In this document: piece by piece, positions 39,101-54,282 of the stretch
Numbering within the stretch: position 1 is the first letter of the stretch
Layout: every line of letters begins with the position of its first letter
DNA from: Girardia tigrina
Taxonomy: Eukaryota
Assembly (NCBI GenBank): GCA_001938485.1
Contig: MQRK01236553.1
Location: 10,903 to 68,894 of the forward strand
Direction: 5' to 3'
Length of the DNA: 57,992 nt
The notes under the pieces: model-generated
The model's input: the letters and a program-made list of their open reading frames with translations, nothing else
Databases searched by the model: none
What the model was told of the DNA's origin: nothing
Translations under genes and position numbers: made by a program

Positions 39101-41985
39101 CATATTTATGTACATATATATTCCACTATCAGTTACGATTATATTCAAAATGTTCATTGCATGTTATTTTTAGTTACTTGATTATCCAAGGGTTCCTATA
39201 GTCATTCTCATAAGTCACTTTTCCTTCATTTTGTTATACCGAAATATTGGTATATTTTGGATATTTTTCAGAGAAAAAAGAACAAACTCGTGAGTTTGGT
39301 CTGAAGCAAATTGACATCTCAGTACTTAGTAATGTTTCCCAGTCCGTTGTTTCATATACATTGAATAAGTTCATTTGACGATGAAGTTTATCAAATTTTC
39401 CTCATTCTGCTCTATCCTGAACAACAACAGTACTAACAGATACCCGTATATGACGTACTAATATACTCCATCTCAATTAGTCTTCTGAGGAAATTAATTT
39501 ACCTCCTGTTAGAACAATTCAACTACGACTTCATAGCGAATTAAATATTTAGGCATAGAAGCATTTAAGGAAACATCTGATCTAAAAAATTACATGCCAA
39601 AAAGTTTAGAATTCTGTTGCAAATATCGACACACAACACATTTTGACTGGATTCTTTTTCTAAAGTTTGTCAAGAATCAATTTCATAATTTCAAATCAGA
39701 CGATTCAAGGGGCAGTAATTACAGGAAATTGGTCGGTAGTCTCGTTGGGTTATAATCTTTGTCTCCTTCACCTGATCTGGACCTTGAAGTATTCACTTTA
39801 TGTGTCTAAACACCTTTTTTCAATGCTGAAAGATATTTTTCTATTCTTGACCGTTCTAGATTAATCAATACTGAAGTATCTCCACTGTTCTCAATGCTAA
39901 AAGTTGGCATTTCAGATATTAGACTGCTTACCCAGTTGTTATTGTTTGTTTGGAATTGGTGTTATTCATTTTTACTTTGTTTAATTCCTTTAAATCTGCA
40001 CATATATTCTTGTCACAAAATTTAAAAATATAAATAATTTTGACTACAGATGTAGTTTAAATTATCTTTTCCTTGTGTTTCAGTTTTATGATTTAAGATC
40101 TTTTTAGAATAAATATCAACAATAAAAAGGGTTTGTTTAACTATTATATTAAGTAAATGAGGGTTAAAGGATCTATGATTATTTAGACATTAGTTCTTCA
40201 GGATTATGAAATGTTTTGTGACTAGGGAAATAAATATCTGTAAAATTTTTTATTAAGTAAAGGAATTGAAAAAACATTTCTATATAAGTTATTTTCTGGT
40301 TTTGAAAACCTGTCTTTTAGAACACATATTGAGAGTTGTGTCATTGAGACTAGAATGAATTTCTGTTAAATATATTTCTTGCAATCGTTAAAGGACGAGA
40401 ACTATTATGGTGGACTATTTGAGAAGGGAGCCACTAAGCCGGACTTCTACTACACAGAAAAAAAATAAGAAGGTTGCTTGAGGTTATCAATAAGAAGAGG
40501 TGCGGTAAAGTGCAGGTTGGAGTGCGGTTTCACAAAGTTGCAGTTGCCGTGGCTGCCGTTTAAGAAGAACTTTGAACTGGTGGAACATCCTCCCTATATT
40601 CGCCAGATCTAGCCCCCAGTGACTTCCTTCTCTTTACACGCCTCAAAGAACACCTCCGGGACAAGAAATTTGTCGACGATAATGACATCATAACCGCTGT
40701 TGATGATTTTTTTGAGGGTCAAGATTTTTTTTCTAAGGGAATGAAGTTTAGTAAAAAGATGGACCAAATGTATAGACTTGTTAGGAGACTATGTAGAAAA
40801 ATAAATTATTATTTTTACTATATTGATTGTGTTTTTTCATTATTTTTAGATCACTCCTCGTATATTATTTATTAAAACAAGCGTAAAAGTTAAAATTCTT
40901 CGAATAATAACAAACTTTTATCGTCTCTGTCAATGTCTATATTTATTTATTACTTTCATTTTTTTTAAATTACAATGACAATTTAATTTTCAATTTAGTA
41001 AGGCTTTTTTGGTTTCGAAATTAGCACAGAAAATATTTTCGACAGAAAACATTGAGTCATGATAATATCGAAAACATTACAATTTTTACTAAAATATGTA
41101 ACATGTTGATGTTTCTCGCAAAAATAATTCTGCCTTGATTCCACAGAAAATTGTATTTGTACAATTCTAATCATGATAATTTCCTGAATTTCATCAAAAT
41201 ATCTATATAATCATTACATATTCATTTGGATCAACCTTCTCTCCGTGTGGTTTAATTTGTTGTATGGAAGAACCACATTTTTGCGTTGACATTTGCAATC
41301 ACCGAGACCTCAGAATGCTAGGTTATCGAAAGATATGTGAAATTAATAAGATTTTACAATTTATGCGACCAATTATTTTCTTTCATTAATAAATAAATCT
41401 GCCTTACACAATTATTTTCGTTTTTTTAATCCAATACTTTTACCTTAATTTTTATAAGTAATTTCACAATTTTCTGTGTGAAGTCAACTATTTAGTATTT
41501 AGTTTAAATAGTTTCGTTCTTATCAATAGTAATTCAAATTGCTGAATTTTTAAAGGTTCTTTCAATCTTCAAGTGAATGAAAACTTTTACACAGCATTCC
41601 ATAACTTTATTTTATTTGAAAATGTTGGAATAGTTATCATCAAGGCACTAACAAATAAGATAACCAACAACTCGATTCTTTTCAGATGAGGCAAAGTCAC
41701 AAAAAGTCTTTAAATATTCTCTAAATACTCGAATTTCATTTCCTTAAGTTCGTTCCTTAAATTCGTAGATTTATAATATTTTGCATTCTTTGGAATCTGT
41801 AACTCTACTTACACGGTTCATTACAATATCTGATTTCTATCAATTAATTTTATAATATATAAATTTTAAATATAAATAGATGATAAATTTATGAAATTTT
41901 CTCAATTGAATTAAAATTATGATGTTGATGATTGATTAAAATCATTTACTTAATTTAGTAAAATAATTATTTACAATTATAATTG

Positions 41986-42023
<38 letters not shown>

Positions 42024-42770
42024 GTAGAACTCGGTTAAGAGCACTACCCTGCAGACCGGAAAAAGTATGCTATTAACCAAGAACGATTGTTTGAATACCA
42101 CCTCTATAATAAAAGACAGAAAGTGGAGCAACATGTATTGTATAGTACAATATGAAATTGCAATTGAACAAAATAATCAGAAATAATAGTTTGTTTCTTT
42201 TTCCTTAAACTGATTTTTGTGATAAAATCGTCAAGACCATCAATTTGATTCTCTTGTATTTCTGAATTGCTCTATTGGCTCTGCAAAAATAAACGTATTT
42301 TAGCCAAATAGCCTTTTATTTCCATTGCGGTGATGCAAATAGTGATATGTCTTGCTTATTCAACCACTGAGCATCATAAAACAGCAGGAGATCCAAGTGT
42401 TTCTTTACTTTAACATGCCAACAATTGCTAATTGTCTTTGTCATGTCATGATTCACTAGTCACTTAATCCACTTAACTTTAACATACCCACCCACTGTGC
42501 TATTAACCTGACACAAAGGAGGCGTCATGAAAGAATAACCTGTTCTATAAACCGAGTTGTGCCAGTAACCGAGGTGCCATTAACCGAGCACAACTCACTG
42601 TAAACCCTGGCTTCCAAAGTTCGTGCCACGAAACTCCGTGGTATTAACCGAGTTCTACTGTATATATATANNNNNNNNNNNNNNNNNNNNNNNNNNNNNN
42701 NNNNNNNNNNNNNNNNNNNNNNNNNNNNNNNNNNNNNNNNNNNNNNNNNNNNNNNNNNNNNNNNNNNNNN

Positions 42771-42805
<35 letters not shown>

Positions 42806-45800
42806 TTAATATGTTTATCCGTTACCTTTTATATTATATTATTTAATATAAAATCTTGAAAATGAACCTTGTATAAATCGTTATACAAACCTGGGTAATA
42901 AAATAATATAAAAAAACGTTATACTATAATATTGCTAAGCTTTTAGTGATTACTTATTGTGAGGATTTTTGTCAACGCTGTTGGTTTTATTTACTTATTT
43001 ATTTTTTGATGGTTTATGTATATTCTTGTTGCTTATAATGACATTTTTTTTAATTTAATTACTTAAATAGTTCACAAATTTGAACAATTTAAGGTTATAT
43101 TGACAATAACAAAATCTTTAAAATATTTATAAATTATGAAAGAAAAATTCAAGCTATCATCTTTACAATTTATTGTAATTAAGTTGGGTGTTGTAAGGAC
43201 CATATTAATTGCATAACCCACACTTTCATCTATGAACTGCGAAACTAATGTTATTTTTATCAGAATATAAATTATAAATAAATCTTATTATGAAATTAGA
43301 AAAACATTGCCTTCTGAATTAAAAAATCACTTAACGCTTGATAATGATTTTAAATAAATAAAATTTTATAGAATTTAAGATAATTATTCAAAGCAAGTAA
43401 CAATATATTTATTAAAAATTCTTATATGATACATTTTTTATCTAGGTGTCAGAAGTGTCATTTCAGGGATATATTTTAGGTAAAATAACTTTAGTGTGTT
43501 CTCATAACACTAGGTAGGTAATATTTATCGTAAATGTTCCGTCATGTTGTAATAACCTTTGAAAGATAGCTGTGGCCATTTCAAGCAAATGGGTGTCTGA
43601 TTTACGATAGTGTCTATTACAACTAAAAATTTAATAATATTAATAAAAAATTTTTTTTATAAAAACAACCACGTTTTTCAAGCATTACCAATGCACTAAA
43701 AAGAGGAAAATAATTTTTTCTAAACATGTGAGAAATTTTATACCTAACCAAAAACGTGGGGCGGATTTCTGAATTACTGCTATTTCCTCTTTACTGCTTT
43801 TTAGTAACAATCGATCATTTCTATGCCCCACGTTTTTGGTTANNNNNNNNNNNNNNNNNNNNNNNNNNNNNNNNNNNNNNNNNNNNNNNNNNNNNNNNNN
43901 NNNNNNNNNNNNNNNNNNNNNNNNNNNNNNNNNNNNNNNNNNNNNNNNNNNNNNNNNNNNNNNNNNNNNNNNNNNNNNNNNNNNNNNNNNNNNNNNNNNN
44001 NNNNNNNNNNNNNNNNNNNNNNNNNNNNNNNNNNNNNNNNNNNNNNNNNNNNNNNNNNNNNNNNNNNNNNNNNNNNNNNNNNNNNNNNNNNNNNNNNNNN
44101 NNNNNNNNNNNNNNNNNNNNNNNNNNNNNNNNNNNNNNNNNNNNNNNNNNNNNNNNNNNNNNNNNNNNNNNNNNNNNNNNNNNNNNNNNNNNNNNNNNNN
44201 NNNNNNNNNNNNNNNNNNNNNNNNNNNNNNNNNNNNNNNNNNNNNNNNNNNNNNNNNNNNNNNNNNNNNNNNNNNNNNNNNNNNNNNNNNNNNNNNNNNN
44301 NNNNNNNNNNNNNNNNNNNNNNNNNNNNNNNNNNNNNNNNNNNNNNNNNNNNNNNNNNNNNNNNNNNNNNNNNNNNNNNNNNNNNNNNNNNNNNNNNNNN
44401 NNNNNNNNNNNNNNNNAGCTCAATTGGATGACTGAAAGTGGTCGAAAAATCAATCGCAAGATTTGTTCCAGACAAACAGACAAACAGACAAACAGACAAG
44501 AAAGCAAGCTAATAAAAACGTGGTAATAATAATAATAAAAATTCAACACATCACCATGTATTAATGATGGATTAGCTAATTTGTAAAATTAATATTTCTA
44601 TTTTATTCAAATACGTACAAATGATTATTGGGAAATATATAAAATCAATTTAAATTATTTATATAACAAATAAGTATTTCATTTTACGAAATTTGTACTT
44701 AACTTACAACTAGGATAATTTTTAGGATTGTCGTATTGCTTTGAATTTTCTTTAGCTTGTGTCGGACATTTGATTTTAGCATATGTTTAGTTTCAGTTCT
44801 GTACTTAATCAGGATTTACACTGGGTAAAGTAATAGCACACAAGAAGTCAAGATAGGAGTGGAAGTAAAGTAGAGCGCACTAAAAATAATTTATTAATTA
44901 TAAATTATTAATTAAATTCATTATTTAGAGATTATTAGTAAATTAGAATTATTATCAATAATACTTGTTCCAATAATGAGAAGTTAATATTTATTTCATT
45001 TTTCGATCAAAAAAGATGTTTAATTGTGAATGTTTTACTAAGGATTGTCCCAGTGATTATCCTATTATGATCCAACATCCAGTGTTAATGTACCTTTACC
45101 AAAATTTGTTTGATAACCGTATATATTTTATAAGCACAAATACCTGAAACTTCCTGAACCCGTCTTGGCCTTTTTTAATGAAACGCAGAAATTATACAGA
45201 ATTAGGATCTAAGTTATTCTACTCTTCTTAAATGCAACCAGTGAACTATTGAACAATTGCAAAAATAAAGTTTTATGGTATTAATTTAGGATTAATGTGC
45301 CTCTTTAAATATTCAGAAATGTGCTCAAATGAATATAAGTCAGGACTTTATGTATTTTTATAATGGAAACAGCAGTTAAAATAAAATCTAAAATGATTAA
45401 TGGATAAATCCCTCGCCAACTGAAGCATCCTGTTGATGTACATATTCACGGTCAACTTTTTAATTTTAATGCGGTGTATTGACTATGATACCGTTCATTA
45501 GAAATTCGAAACACTTGACTGTTTTTTATTAAAACCCAGTATCGAAAAACGGCTTTCATCAGACTAAAATATTTTTTAGCAATAGTCATCTTCTACAGGA
45601 TTTTTTTTCGGCACAGTTTTACACAGACGTCACGGTTTCATAGTTAAATCAAAGATGAGCTTTTTGGGAAACTCGAAAATATACGTGCTTCGTATTGCTT
45701 TCTTCTAATCGTGGACGTGTTGATTTCCTTGTAGTAACCATATGAAAATTGAAAAAAAACAGTCAGGCAATCGATATACTAATGTTATGTATTATAGTGC

Positions 45801-48800
45801 CTAAAATATGTATCAACAGATCGAATATTAATTATAAGATACCAAGTAGTAATATGAATTTCTAAATCAAGTTCGATTCTGGAACCCGAATCTAGGATGT
45901 TTTCGTGTGAATTAATATATTAACCTCATATTATGAGTATTTTATTAGGTATTCTTGAAATTGATTTCAATTTTTAAAAACCAATTTTAAGTATATTGAA
46001 AAGTTAAAAAGATGTATAAAGTAGAGAATTTATCAATATATAATGTGGATCGTTTGTTAAGCAGTATAACTTTGTTAAAGATATTTTTCAGCTACTTTCC
46101 TCAACTATATCATTTTAAGTTGAGATACAATATTGGAAATTAATTTTGGGAATATTTAACCGTTTTTTGTAAGCGTTAACATATTAAAATGACGAAAATA
46201 GAGCTATATTCGAGAATTATAGTTGATTATTTGAGAATGAAACCCAGATATATTTATTATTTGTAAGGACGTCGTGAATGTAAAATTGTTAATTTCAGGA
46301 ACACTCTATAGCTAAATTAAATTTACAAAAAAACTATCATAATGAACATATATTTTGCCATTTAATTAATTTAGTTTACGTTATATATTTAATTTAATTC
46401 TTTTGATCCAGGAATCATCTAATAAATCTGTGCAAAATGAGATTGAAAGTTTGGAAGCCCTTTTGTAATTTGATTTTGCGTTGTTTGGGGAATATTCATG
46501 TTGAATTTGATCTAGGGAAGAAAAGCTTTCACTGTACGCGAGCTATGACTTCAACGAATCTGATGATAAAGAAATCGATGACATTAAAAACAAGATAGAA
46601 TCTCTAAAAAATGTAAGAATTTGTTTGAAAAAACTAATATATTAGTAGACAAATTTTTTATTATTTGAAAGGTATGAAAATCTATTTATTATTTGTGGGC
46701 ATATCTGCAAATCATTTAGTCGTAATGACAGATCATCGGGATTCTATAACTTATGACATTCTCCAACACCCCTGAATTTGATGAAATTTGCCGTATCTTT
46801 CCAAACCTTAAATATTACATAATTTTCTTCATCTTAAGAACAATCTTCTTCAGATTGGAGATCATTGTCAAAGAACTCTATTCTTCAAGGCGTTATTTTA
46901 CAGGAGCTTATCATGGATAGGCGGATCAAATTCTTTCGTCTCTACATTATCATCATCATACTACCATGACTGCATTTCATTGAATAAATATTATCTTACT
47001 AATCGAAGTTTTTAACTTTGATAAATATTCGGCTCAGTCTGTTCATCTCTTAGCGCACACCACCTTTCTATGTTCACTGTGTTGAAAAGTATTTGGTGTT
47101 CGAGATCGAACATACAATAGCTATATTGTTCATGCCATTTAACGAGATTTTCATACTGGTGCTGTTTTAAAGCACGTTCTTGAATACTTTACCTAGAGGA
47201 TTTGAAGTAGAACAATAGTCTCTGTATAGCCCATTGACAAGCACCAATAAAAGCCTTGTAATGTTCTAATTTTTAATTGCTGTTTTTGGGTTATTTTTTG
47301 ATGTCGTATGAACACTTGACGCCTATTAAATAGATTGTATATTTAGTCCAGTAGCATATTGGCTCCTGAAATGGGACTTAAGCACACTGAACATTGAAAT
47401 GGATTTCACAATGGAATCTTAAAGTGTGAGCAAATCATGAAGTATTATATTCTGACAGGATGCAAAATATTTAACTTGTGTGTTTTCCTTATTGAAATTT
47501 GTGATAATATTTAATATTAAAAGAATTAAGCCAATAAATTTTTTTTATTTTTATGTGTATTAATTTTGACAAATTGACCATCATCATCAGAACAGGTAAT
47601 TATTGAAAATAATGCTACTTATATAGTGCAGTTATTGAGTGTGCAATCAATACGTCATCAGTTCGTCGTTTGAAAACACTAAATACAGTTGTAGAGATTG
47701 TAGTTTAAACATTAATCTTGTAATGAGTGTAACACCATATACATAGTAGATACATCAGGTCATGCCAATAAGGGAATCCAAGAACACAGTCGTAATGAAT
47801 TTGGGAATAATGTTGCAGTACATGGAAAGCGTTGTGAAGGGGACAGATAATATCACAGTACGGATAAAATTAACCGGGACAAGCCTAAAATTTCCACAAA
47901 ACCAGCGTCACACCTGCTGTACAAAGGGAAAGTACACTGCACATGACATGTGTTTCTACTACCCGTGTGACTCTTTCTCACACGCACACACACACACACA
48001 CGAGTAAAGCCAAGTAAATGAACTCACATGCACACACATTAAGTAGAGGCCAAAAGATAATGTAAGTAATGACACACACACTACACACCAGTACATCATG
48101 TCTGTTATTGGGTATGGGGAGTCTATAAATAGAATTCTTAGAAACCCATTATTTGTCATTCTGTTCTGCAGGCGCAATGAGTGAAACCACAATAGGGAAA
48201 CGAGAGCGAGTGATTGCATTGTATTTGCACAACAGTAAGACGCAACGCGAGATTGCTACAGATTTGAATTTATCTAAGAGTGCTGTGAATCGTATCATTA
48301 TGAGATAGAATTCTACAGAAAGCACAGAGAGTGGACGCAAGGGACGTTGCGGCAGGAAGGAGAAGTTGACCAGGCATGCTAAGAGTCTTATCGTTCGAGA
48401 AGCTAAGAAGTTTCCATCGAAGACTGCTCAGGAAATTCGCAGCAGCATGTGCAGCATTGACTCGAGTGTGTGCCTCGACACAGTGAAGAAACTCCTGAGA
48501 AAATGTGAAATGTATGCCTATCGACCACTTGGGATTCCCTTCCTTAACACCAATTGGCTCACGTGCATGTGGTGTACGACGAGGATGACTGGAGTCAAGT
48601 AAGCGAAATTTCATTTAATTGTCATTGCTTACCTTATTCTTATGTCACTGCTGGTCCAAACTCTTACTGTACAAGTCATATTCAGTGACGAGACGACGAT
48701 GGAATTGGGACACTAAGCAAAACCATTTGTTCGACGTTCAAAGGGTTGCCGCATCCGTGAGGTCTACACTGTCCGGAATGTAACATTCGCCCGGAAGGTG

Positions 48801-50474
48801 TTGTTTTGGGGAATCATATCTGCGAAAGGCCCAGGCTGCCTCGTCCCCGTTCAAGGCACTCTGAATGCTGAAATGTATGTCAACCTTGTGCGGCAATATC
48901 TTCTACCGCATGTTGCCATGTGGTTTCCCAACAGCTCCTGGGAGTTTCAACAGGATAACGCACCCTGCCACAAGGCAGAGCGAACCATGGTATTCTTCCA
49001 TCAGCAAGGCATCCAGCTCCTTGATTGGGCGCCCTACTCATCGCATGTTAGCCCTATTGAGAACGTATGGTGCATGATGAAATGGAAAGTTTACAATGTT
49101 GGCAGCGCCTCCACAGTTGAAGAAGTGATTGCGCAAGCTCAACACCTTCGGCACAATTCATAACCTGTGCGTGTCTCTCTGCTCAAATATGCCTGAAAGA
49201 GTCCATAAACTGTTAAACAGTCGTGGGGGTCCCATTTTCCTATAAAATAAACACCTGCTTGCTTGGATTTCATTTGTGATATGTTTTTGTTGGGGGGAAA
49301 ATGAAATTTTAGGTTTGTCCCGGTTAATTTTATCCGTACTGTAATATTATAAATTTCTGTGCATTCGATTTAAGAATTATACAGAGAGATTTGCATATGA
49401 AGCGTTATAAGATATTTGGATCCTAATATTAACGTCCAAATTACATTCTCTACAACTTTAGTGAGTGTTTTTAAATGAATAACTGATGACGTATTGATTG
49501 TATAATCATTAACTGTAGTACATAAGTAACATTCTTTTTATTAATTAACTATTTTGATGATGATAGTCAATCCGTTGAAATTAATAAACATGAAAATAAA
49601 ATAAAACTAATTGATTTAAGTCTTTTGATTTTAATCAGTTGCCAATTTTTTAAAAATGTATTCATATTCAATATTAATTTGTTAGATATGCAATTAAAAA
49701 GAAATAAAAATTAAGTTTCATTTTTGAAATTTTAGGTATGGTAAAATATTTCAAATACAATTTGAAAATTTGATTATTGAATGTCATTTAGTGTGCTAAC
49801 TGTTAAAAAGAAGTTTTAACTATTAGTACCGTTTGGTAAAAAAACAGTTTTTCCTTTGAAAACATTTTTGAAGAAGATTGTATTGTCTCAAGCATTATAA
49901 CCCTACAAAAGACTAAATTATCAAATATAAATCATGCTTATAAATCAATTGTCGAAACATAGCACATTAATTTCATATTAATTTATTATTATCATTGAAT
50001 ATTTGTATTTAATTTATAACTTCTCTCCACTTGACACATTCAATTTACACATTGACTTTTTTCTTTCTGACACTGACTAAAATAGACCTGTTAGTAAATT
50101 TTATTACGATATCGATTTTCTTATATTAACTTTATTTTTTTATTTTTCGCTTGTAAATTATAAAATTGATTTTCTTATTTTCCATTTCTGCATGTACAGA
50201 AAATATTTACAAATAATTATAAAAGGATCATTGTATTGCATACATACTTCTTACAGCATCTTTCAAAAAAGTATAGAACATCTTTTAATTGACTTTGACC
50301 ATCATTGGCTAAATAGGAATACAAGGATAGTATGATCAAAGGACCAGTTTTAATTCAAATTAACAATAAATTAAATTGTTTTGTCATGTAAACTATCCAA
50401 ATATTTAGTTGCTGGAGATGTTTAAATATTCTTATCGAAACTCGTTCAAAGACATTTTTTTAAAATACTCTTTA

Positions 50475-50515
<41 letters not shown>

Positions 50516-53500
50516 AGTCTTATGTTCATATGTTTGTACTTGTAATGTACTTAATTCACGAACTATGTGCAATTTACTTATAACAACATCGAACATGTTT
50601 TATTTTTTAATTTTTTGTCCAGTTTATCGAATTCCATATATTTATATATTAAAGAGTGCGGATCAATTTTGTAACAACGTGAATATGGAATTCACTTATA
50701 CTTATACTTCAACAGAACATTAAAACAGTTATTTTTTATCAATATGCCCATCGTTATCAGTAAATACTTCCTGAGCGAATTTATTTTTGATAATAAAGAA
50801 GCAAACAGAAATGTTGAAAGTTATGTGTCGTAACCTCGTTTATATATTTTTTATATACCAAAATATGTATATAATTATCTATCATGAAAAGAATTTTGTG
50901 GTGTGATATTTATTTAAAAGAAAAGAATTATGTTATTATTTTTTTATTTGGGATGAAATGTTTTTTTTATTTTTATTTTGTTTTATTTATTTAATAAAAA
51001 TAATTAAATTGTAAATTGACTTGAAATTATTGTGATCAATAATTCAGTCACTTAACCAAGCAGGATATTTTCGTGGAATAATTAATTGGAGAATTATCCG
51101 ATCTGTTTTATATTCATCAAAATAGAACACAGCAACAAAATCCAAATCTTTCTTAATTCCTATTCAAACTAAAGCAATCTAGAAGAATCGAATTCGTTTA
51201 AGAAAACTAAGTACCACAACTGAAACTGATTACTCGCTCCACTAATTCCAGAGAAGCAATCAACACAAAAATAAAAATTTAACTCATAATATCTCGCCAA
51301 TCGAGATATTCGCTTTTTTTTATAACAGATCTTTCATCAAAATAATCAACGGAAAATACTTCTAGTCAACCAGCTTCAGATATAAACGTAAATTAAATTT
51401 ATTCGTTGGGTTAAATTCCTGCCGACTATATTTTATTTGTTCTGTGGTAATTTTGGATTTTCTTCTTTTTATCTGCCCGTTTTTGTTATTCTTAATTTTT
51501 TACATTCAGTAATTTTAAAATATTTTTATTTTGTTTATTTAAACAACTGTTTAATTGAATCGAAGGATAAACTATTCAGTATAATTATTTCGACTTACTA
51601 AATAATAGTTTTCCTTTCAATGGGAAATATTGACAAAATCTCTTCTTTCAATAGAGTAAATGATAATATCCGTTGTCATTCGATATCCGTGACATGTATT
51701 ACTAAACTAACATCACAATTACGATGTATATATAGAATGTTTAACAGCTAAGTACGTTTGTATCTAATTATATTTCTTTATATACATCAATATAGATCTT
51801 TATATACGTTTATCATATTTCTGGTTTTTCATTATAGCAATCACTATTTGACATGATATTCAGTATTAAATCGTTTACGTTTCTGGTTATTAATTATGGA
51901 AATATATTATAAATTAAAGCTAAAACATTTAATATACGTAATACCAATGGTTTGGATTGTTTTTTTTATTGCATGGGTAATTTTTATGTTGAGCTAGAAA
52001 TTAAATAGAAAAATAAATGACGAATAGTAATAAAAAATCAAACCCTTTAAGAAATCTAACAGGGGTGTCATCTGTCGACGATTCAGAAAGATCCAGAATG
52101 AATCAGCACAAAAAAAACAGTATTATTATCTGGGCTATATGAATGCCATTTTAAGATAGTAATGTTCTGGCTTTCTAAAAAAGAAATCAGACTTAGACTT
52201 ATGACACGGAGCATTATCCTGCTGAAAAATATCAATCCCAGATGAATGACATTCATTCCTTAGGGATAACAGGTTATTTTGAAGGATGTCTATGTACTGA
52301 CGAATTAATTTGAGCGTCACTATATATATTTATATATTCTTTGTTTTCTGTTTATGTGTATCTTGATGACAATATGTCCTTCTATCTTTACCGTTTTAAC
52401 CTTGTGTCATTTTGTCCGTGTGTAGTTTTGTCCTAGAATCAATTCACCGAAACTAATGATAGTGTTCTTTTTAAATAAAGTTTTTGTCATGTCGCAATTG
52501 TTTTTTATAGGTTATTTAGGTAGTGAGCGTAATTATATTGTTAGTTGTATTGATATCATTTTCGATATTCGAATAAGAATTCATAACATTCAAAATTAGT
52601 TATTAGAACAAAATAATAATTTTTATTTCAAACAAATATTCAACTTTCTTTTAATAATCGATTCGTCAACATTTATCTTAACAATCGAATTCTAATTAAC
52701 CTTCTCAGAACTGAAACTTAAAAATAATATTTAAATCGATTGAAATTTATTCTAAAATAAAACACATTTTAAAATGAAAAACAATTCTTTAGAAAATTTT
52801 TAAAATCTTTTTTAATTATTTTAAAATAATACTCATTTAGTTACCATATTAAAAATTAATTATAGCTCAAATTTTTTATTATACTTTAAAATATATTCTA
52901 CCGTAAATCCTCTATAAAGTTCCCTTTTCATAAGATGTAATTCTCTATAACGAACAATATTTTTTATGTTAAAGAAAAAGAAAATATGTTAAACAATGAG
53001 ATTAATAAACGATTAAAAACGACCTCTCTATAAGCAACTTTTCTTATAGAGAGGTAGTTTTCTGGGTCCCAAATAACTCATTATAGAGGTTTTACTATAT
53101 TTCAATTATATTACGAATCTTGAAATCAGAATTTAGTTCAAAATATTTTTTAAAAAAAATTAAAATTATGCTTAATTTTCTAAATTATTAAAATTTATCA
53201 GTGAAAATAAAATTAACTGCTCATAAATAACTTAAATACGAAATCAATTTTATATTTATTGAATTCGATGTCTATCCATGTGCTACTAAAACCCATTATT
53301 TTTTACCAATTTTTTTTATTTTCAAATGATTAGAATTACTAAGTTTCAAAAAACTAAATAGTTGATCTTTCTGGGCAGTGATAATGTATTTGAATAATGT
53401 ATCATTTGAATGTAAATGCGTCATGTTTCCATCAATTATGACTTTGATGATCGCAATCTGTTTGTCATACGAAAAAATTGTTAGTCCATGTTTTTCGTAT

Positions 53501-54239
53501 AAGTAGATTGAGATATTCTGATTTCGTCTGGTATTTTTTCACCCTGAATTGTTAATTTTATTACAAATTGCATCTCATATATTTCGCCTTTAAAGATACG
53601 TTTTATCGATAAAACAAAGAACATTCTTATCAATATGTATTTTAGAGTCGCATCGTGACTTGAGTCATTTGGACTTTCCCATAATCATGATAAATAATTG
53701 TTTAGTAACTTGTTTTTTGGTTTGTTTTCGATTTATACATTTATTATATAGAAATATATTTCTTTCTTTTTACATTATCAAATGTTTATCCATCATGTTT
53801 AATCAATGGTTGAATCTCATGCTGTTGATCAGGAGTTAGCTGGATCTAAGAAAGATTCTTCACAACGTAAAAATCCATTATTTCGAACATCACGACCAAG
53901 TTCTCGTAACAAATCAATTGATTCGTCCGCAAATTCAATGTCAAAGGATACATCATGTATTGGTAGATCAGATTGTGAAAATTCTCTCAACAAGCCTGGT
54001 AATCGACGATCCCAAAGTGTTTCTAGTATTCATCGTTCCTCTAAAGATATAAGTGATATCTATGAATCTGGACCGCAATCATTAATGATGCAAGTAAGAA
54101 TCGCTGATGCGCGCATGCTAGAGATGGTCATCATCTATTAGTGCTTTTTTGATCATGCCGTAGAAATAACATTAATTCGAAGGAAAAATGTGTTAAAATA
54201 TGGTTTTCTTTTTTGATTTGATTGAACTCAATTTTCATT

Positions 54240-54282
<43 letters not shown>

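Noticed and set aside
43756-44549. Long ORFs in the ORF track
   Set aside because: Artefacts of N runs; the same applies to 758-1147, 7342-7782, 9329-9779 and 17241-17594.
51040-51390. Candidate extra exon(s) of the F-BAR gene
   Set aside because: Every acceptor/frame combination tried hits a stop or the wrong phase; exon 8 joins exon 9 cleanly.
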